Shown piece by piece: positions 60,959 to 64,000 of a DNA stretch of 64,000 nucleotides (within the stretch, counting starts at the first letter, position 1; every line of letters starts with the position of its first letter). The notes under the pieces were generated by a model. The model was not told the origin of the DNA, did not search any database, and saw only the letters and a list, made by a program, of their open reading frames with translations. A program made the translations under genes and the position numbers. Origin of the DNA: Azolla caroliniana (Eukaryota; Plantae; Polypodiophyta); the NCBI GenBank assembly GCA_043228905.1, contig JBHGNT010000018.1:10974001-11038000 (forward strand). Reading direction: 5' to 3'.

Positions 60959-63900
60959 AGCAGACTGTTGCGGAGTGGGGAAGTGATAGTCCGAGAAGCC
61001 CTGATACCCCACACAGGAAGAAAACTCTCGGAGCAAAACAAGTACGAATCGGCCCGGATGGGGCATCTACGTACACGGCCGTAACCGGAGGAATGAAGAA
61101 ACAATACCGACAAGTGGAGGATAAGTTACGGTCGGCATCAATAATAAAAGAAGACGAAGAAATCGTGGGAGTGATCGAGGAAGTGTTCTATGGGAATACA
61201 CTACAACGGCTTGAAGAGCTTGCGGAAGATAAAAGCCAAGGGAACCGGGTAGTCCCGGTGGAATCGGTCGAGATGTACGAGATCGTTGCGAAAATGGGGC
61301 CGGATGCGCTCCGCAAAGAAGAAGCAATGGTAAGTACGAAATACAAGACCGTGGAGAAGAAGGTGAAACCGGCCGCGGGACCACTACCCGCCGATAGCGA
61401 ACAAAAGAAGAAAGAAGTCTCGGGAGATCCGACACTTCGGAAGTCCGTGGATATCGGACATGCCTTCACAGATGAGACCCGGAAGAAACTTCGGATCGGT
61501 GGAGGTGGGTTCCTCTTACAAGAAGAAGAAAAACGGTTTCGAGAGATGTTGGAGCAACATGGCAAAGCATTCGCGTTCACATCGAGGGAGATCGGATGCA
61601 TTGATCCAAAGATAGTGGAGCCGATGGTGATCTTCACGATTGATCATGTACCGTGGAACCTAAAGCCGATTCCGGTGCCACGGGCGCATATTCCGAAAGT
61701 CATCGACTTACTCAAGGAGAAGGTGGCGATGGGGATTCTAGAGCCATCAAGTGCTCCGTACTCAAATCGATGGTTTACGGTTCCGAAGAAGAATGGGTCA
61801 CTCCGATTCATCCAAGACTTGCAACCGGTGAACAAGGTCACGATCCGGAACTCGGGAGTCGGTCCGATAGTGGACGAATTCGCGGAAGCTTTTGCCGGAC
61901 GTGCGATATACTCCATCGGGGACCTATACTCGGGGTATGACCAATTCCAACTAGCCGTGGAGAGCCGAGACATCACTACCATGCGGACACCGATAGGACT
62001 AGTTCGAATGTGCACACTACCACAAGGAGCGACAAACTCGGTTGCACATATGATGAACGCGATGAACAAGGTGCTTCGAGATTGCATCCCGGAGGTAACG
62101 ATGCCGTTTCTAGATGACATTCCGATGAAAGGATGCGCGGTGGAAGAAAAAGATGAGACTATGGATGATCGGGGATGCCGAAAGTTCGTGGTCGACCATA
62201 TTCATGATTGCGAGAAAGTGTTGCGAAAGCTAGAAGATGTGCACCTAACACTTTCCGGGGAGAAATCGGCATTCGGGCAAGAAGAAATATTGGTGGTCGG
62301 ACATCTATGTGGACCCTACGGCCGAAGACCGTCACCAACAAAGATCGATGCGATTCAAGCTATGAAGGAAGTATGTGAGTCAACATCGGAAGTCCGAAGG
62401 TTTCTGGGTGCGTGTGCATTCTATCACATATGGATTCCGCACTATGCACATATAGCGGACCCGCTCTATCACTTGTTGCGGAAAGGTAAGAAATTCGAGT
62501 GGAAACCGGAACACATTAAAGCCATGAGGAAGCTCAAGAAGATACTATGGAGGGAGGAATCACTTAAGAAGCCAAGCTACGAGCGGCCAATCATAGTAAC
62601 GGTTGATACAAGTCCAACCGGTATCGGGTGGGTCATCAATCAAGCCGACTCGGATGGTTCGCGGTATCCGATCCGATTTGGAGCAAAGGTCCTCAACGAA
62701 AGGCAACGCGGATATGCACAAGTCAAAAGAGAATTGTGGGGAGTCGTGTCGGCGATAAAATCGGATCGGGATTATTTGATCGGAGCTGAAGTGGTGATCG
62801 AGACGGATTGTCTTCCGATACTCGGGATGATGCGGTGTTGTACGATACCGGATGTGGCTATGCTAAGGTGGATTGCATATGTCAAGTCACTTAATCCGGA
62901 GGTTCGACACATCTCGGGGAAGGACAACGCGGTAGCGGACATGTTATCAAGGGCGCGGTTTGAAGACGACATAACCGAATCAGATAATGAAGAAGTTTCC
63001 GAAGACTACTTCACGTCAGAACACATATGCCGAGTGAACGTGATCCGAGAATTCCGGGAAGAAGAATACGAGGGGGAAACCTTGATGATCAGGAAGATGC
63101 TACAAGAGGTCGAGGATTCAACCAATGATAAAGAAAGGAGAGCCGAGATCCGAAGGAAGAAGAGGCAAGTCCAAAAGTTCTTCTTGGAAAACGGTTTAAT
63201 ATGGAGGACGCCGAAAAGACCGGATGGGATACCACTTCGAGTAGTCGGGACGAAAGAGCAACGAAACCGGATAATGTCCGAGTTCCACGAATCCGATTGG
63301 GCTGGACATCGAGGAACATGGGCAACTTTTGTGAAAATCAAGCAAAGATATTGGTGGAAGAACATGTATAAAGATGTCGCGGAGTTCACAGAAAGCTGCG
63401 AGAAATGTCAAGTCTACTCCGGGGTCCGACACCGAGATGAGCTGCATCCGACATTCTCACCGACAATCAACTTCAAGTGGATGGTCGACATTGTAGCTAT
63501 GCCGACCGGGATTGGACAAAAGAAATACTTGGTGTTAGCTCGAGAAGATCTCACAAACCAAGTTGAAGGTCGAGCGCTTCGGAGGAAAACGTGTGCCGCG
63601 GTGTGCCAATTTCTTTTGGAAGAAGTGTTTTGTAGGTACGGCTGCGTAGGACAAGTGATTGCGGACCGGGGAGAACTCGACTCGGACAAAGCTAGGGGAT
63701 TCTTCGCCAAACATGGAGTTCGGTTAACGTTGACAACGGCCTACAATCCGGAGGCCAACGGGAAGATCGAACGAGGACATAGTCCGATCGTGAAAGCACT
63801 TGCGAAGGCATGCGACGGAAGGGTGAAGGATTGGCCACAAATGCTTCCGTATGCACTATGGGCGGATCGGACGACGCATAGCTCCGTGACCGGTTACATG

Positions 63901-64000
63901 CCGGCAGAACTCATGACCGGACAAGCACCGGTAATGCCAACGGAAACCGCAATCGCGACATGGACAATACTACCGTGGAAGGAAGAGATGAGTCGGGAAG
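60949..64000 (+). CDS. Gypsy C4 pol (RT-RH-INT), open to window edge, in -1 frame to gag-PR; missing from the ORF track
   Basis: Hand translation shows no stop from 60949 to 64000: LPQG, FLDD, VDTSPTG, FHESDWAGH..CEKC, WMVD, ADRGE, NGKIER. Confidence 0.93.

Larger units (their letters stand above)
58048..64000 (+). mobile_element. Ty3/gypsy family C copy 4, young, runs off window
   Basis: 5' LTR 58048-58881 (TGTCGT..ACGACA), PBS, gag-PR, open pol. Confidence 0.95.

Overview
This window is repeat-saturated land-plant DNA (probably a fern or lycophyte, inferred from a PLS-type PPR fragment and the element types) with no intact host gene. It is a nest of Ty1/copia elements (my labels A, B, D), Ty3/gypsy elements (family C with an FLDD-type RT; Athila-like family E), two LINEs and a hAT carrying a captured PPR fragment, plus a 100-N assembly gap. 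One copia (51538-56916) is full-length and young, and one gypsy pol (60949-64000) is fully open. Four things stand out. (1) Family-C LTRs carry tRNA-like A-box/B-box modules; in two copies they flank the CATGCA-rich TATA promoter in divergent orientation. (2) Family E has a tRNA-3'-end-like inverted PBS where the polypurine tract should be. (3) Family C has a conserved -1 frameshift cassette after the protease rather than between gag and protease. (4) Copia family A has a long in-frame extension after RNase H with FDF and WSDVV motifs. All calls were made by eye, so boundaries without a TSD or TG..CA are approximate.
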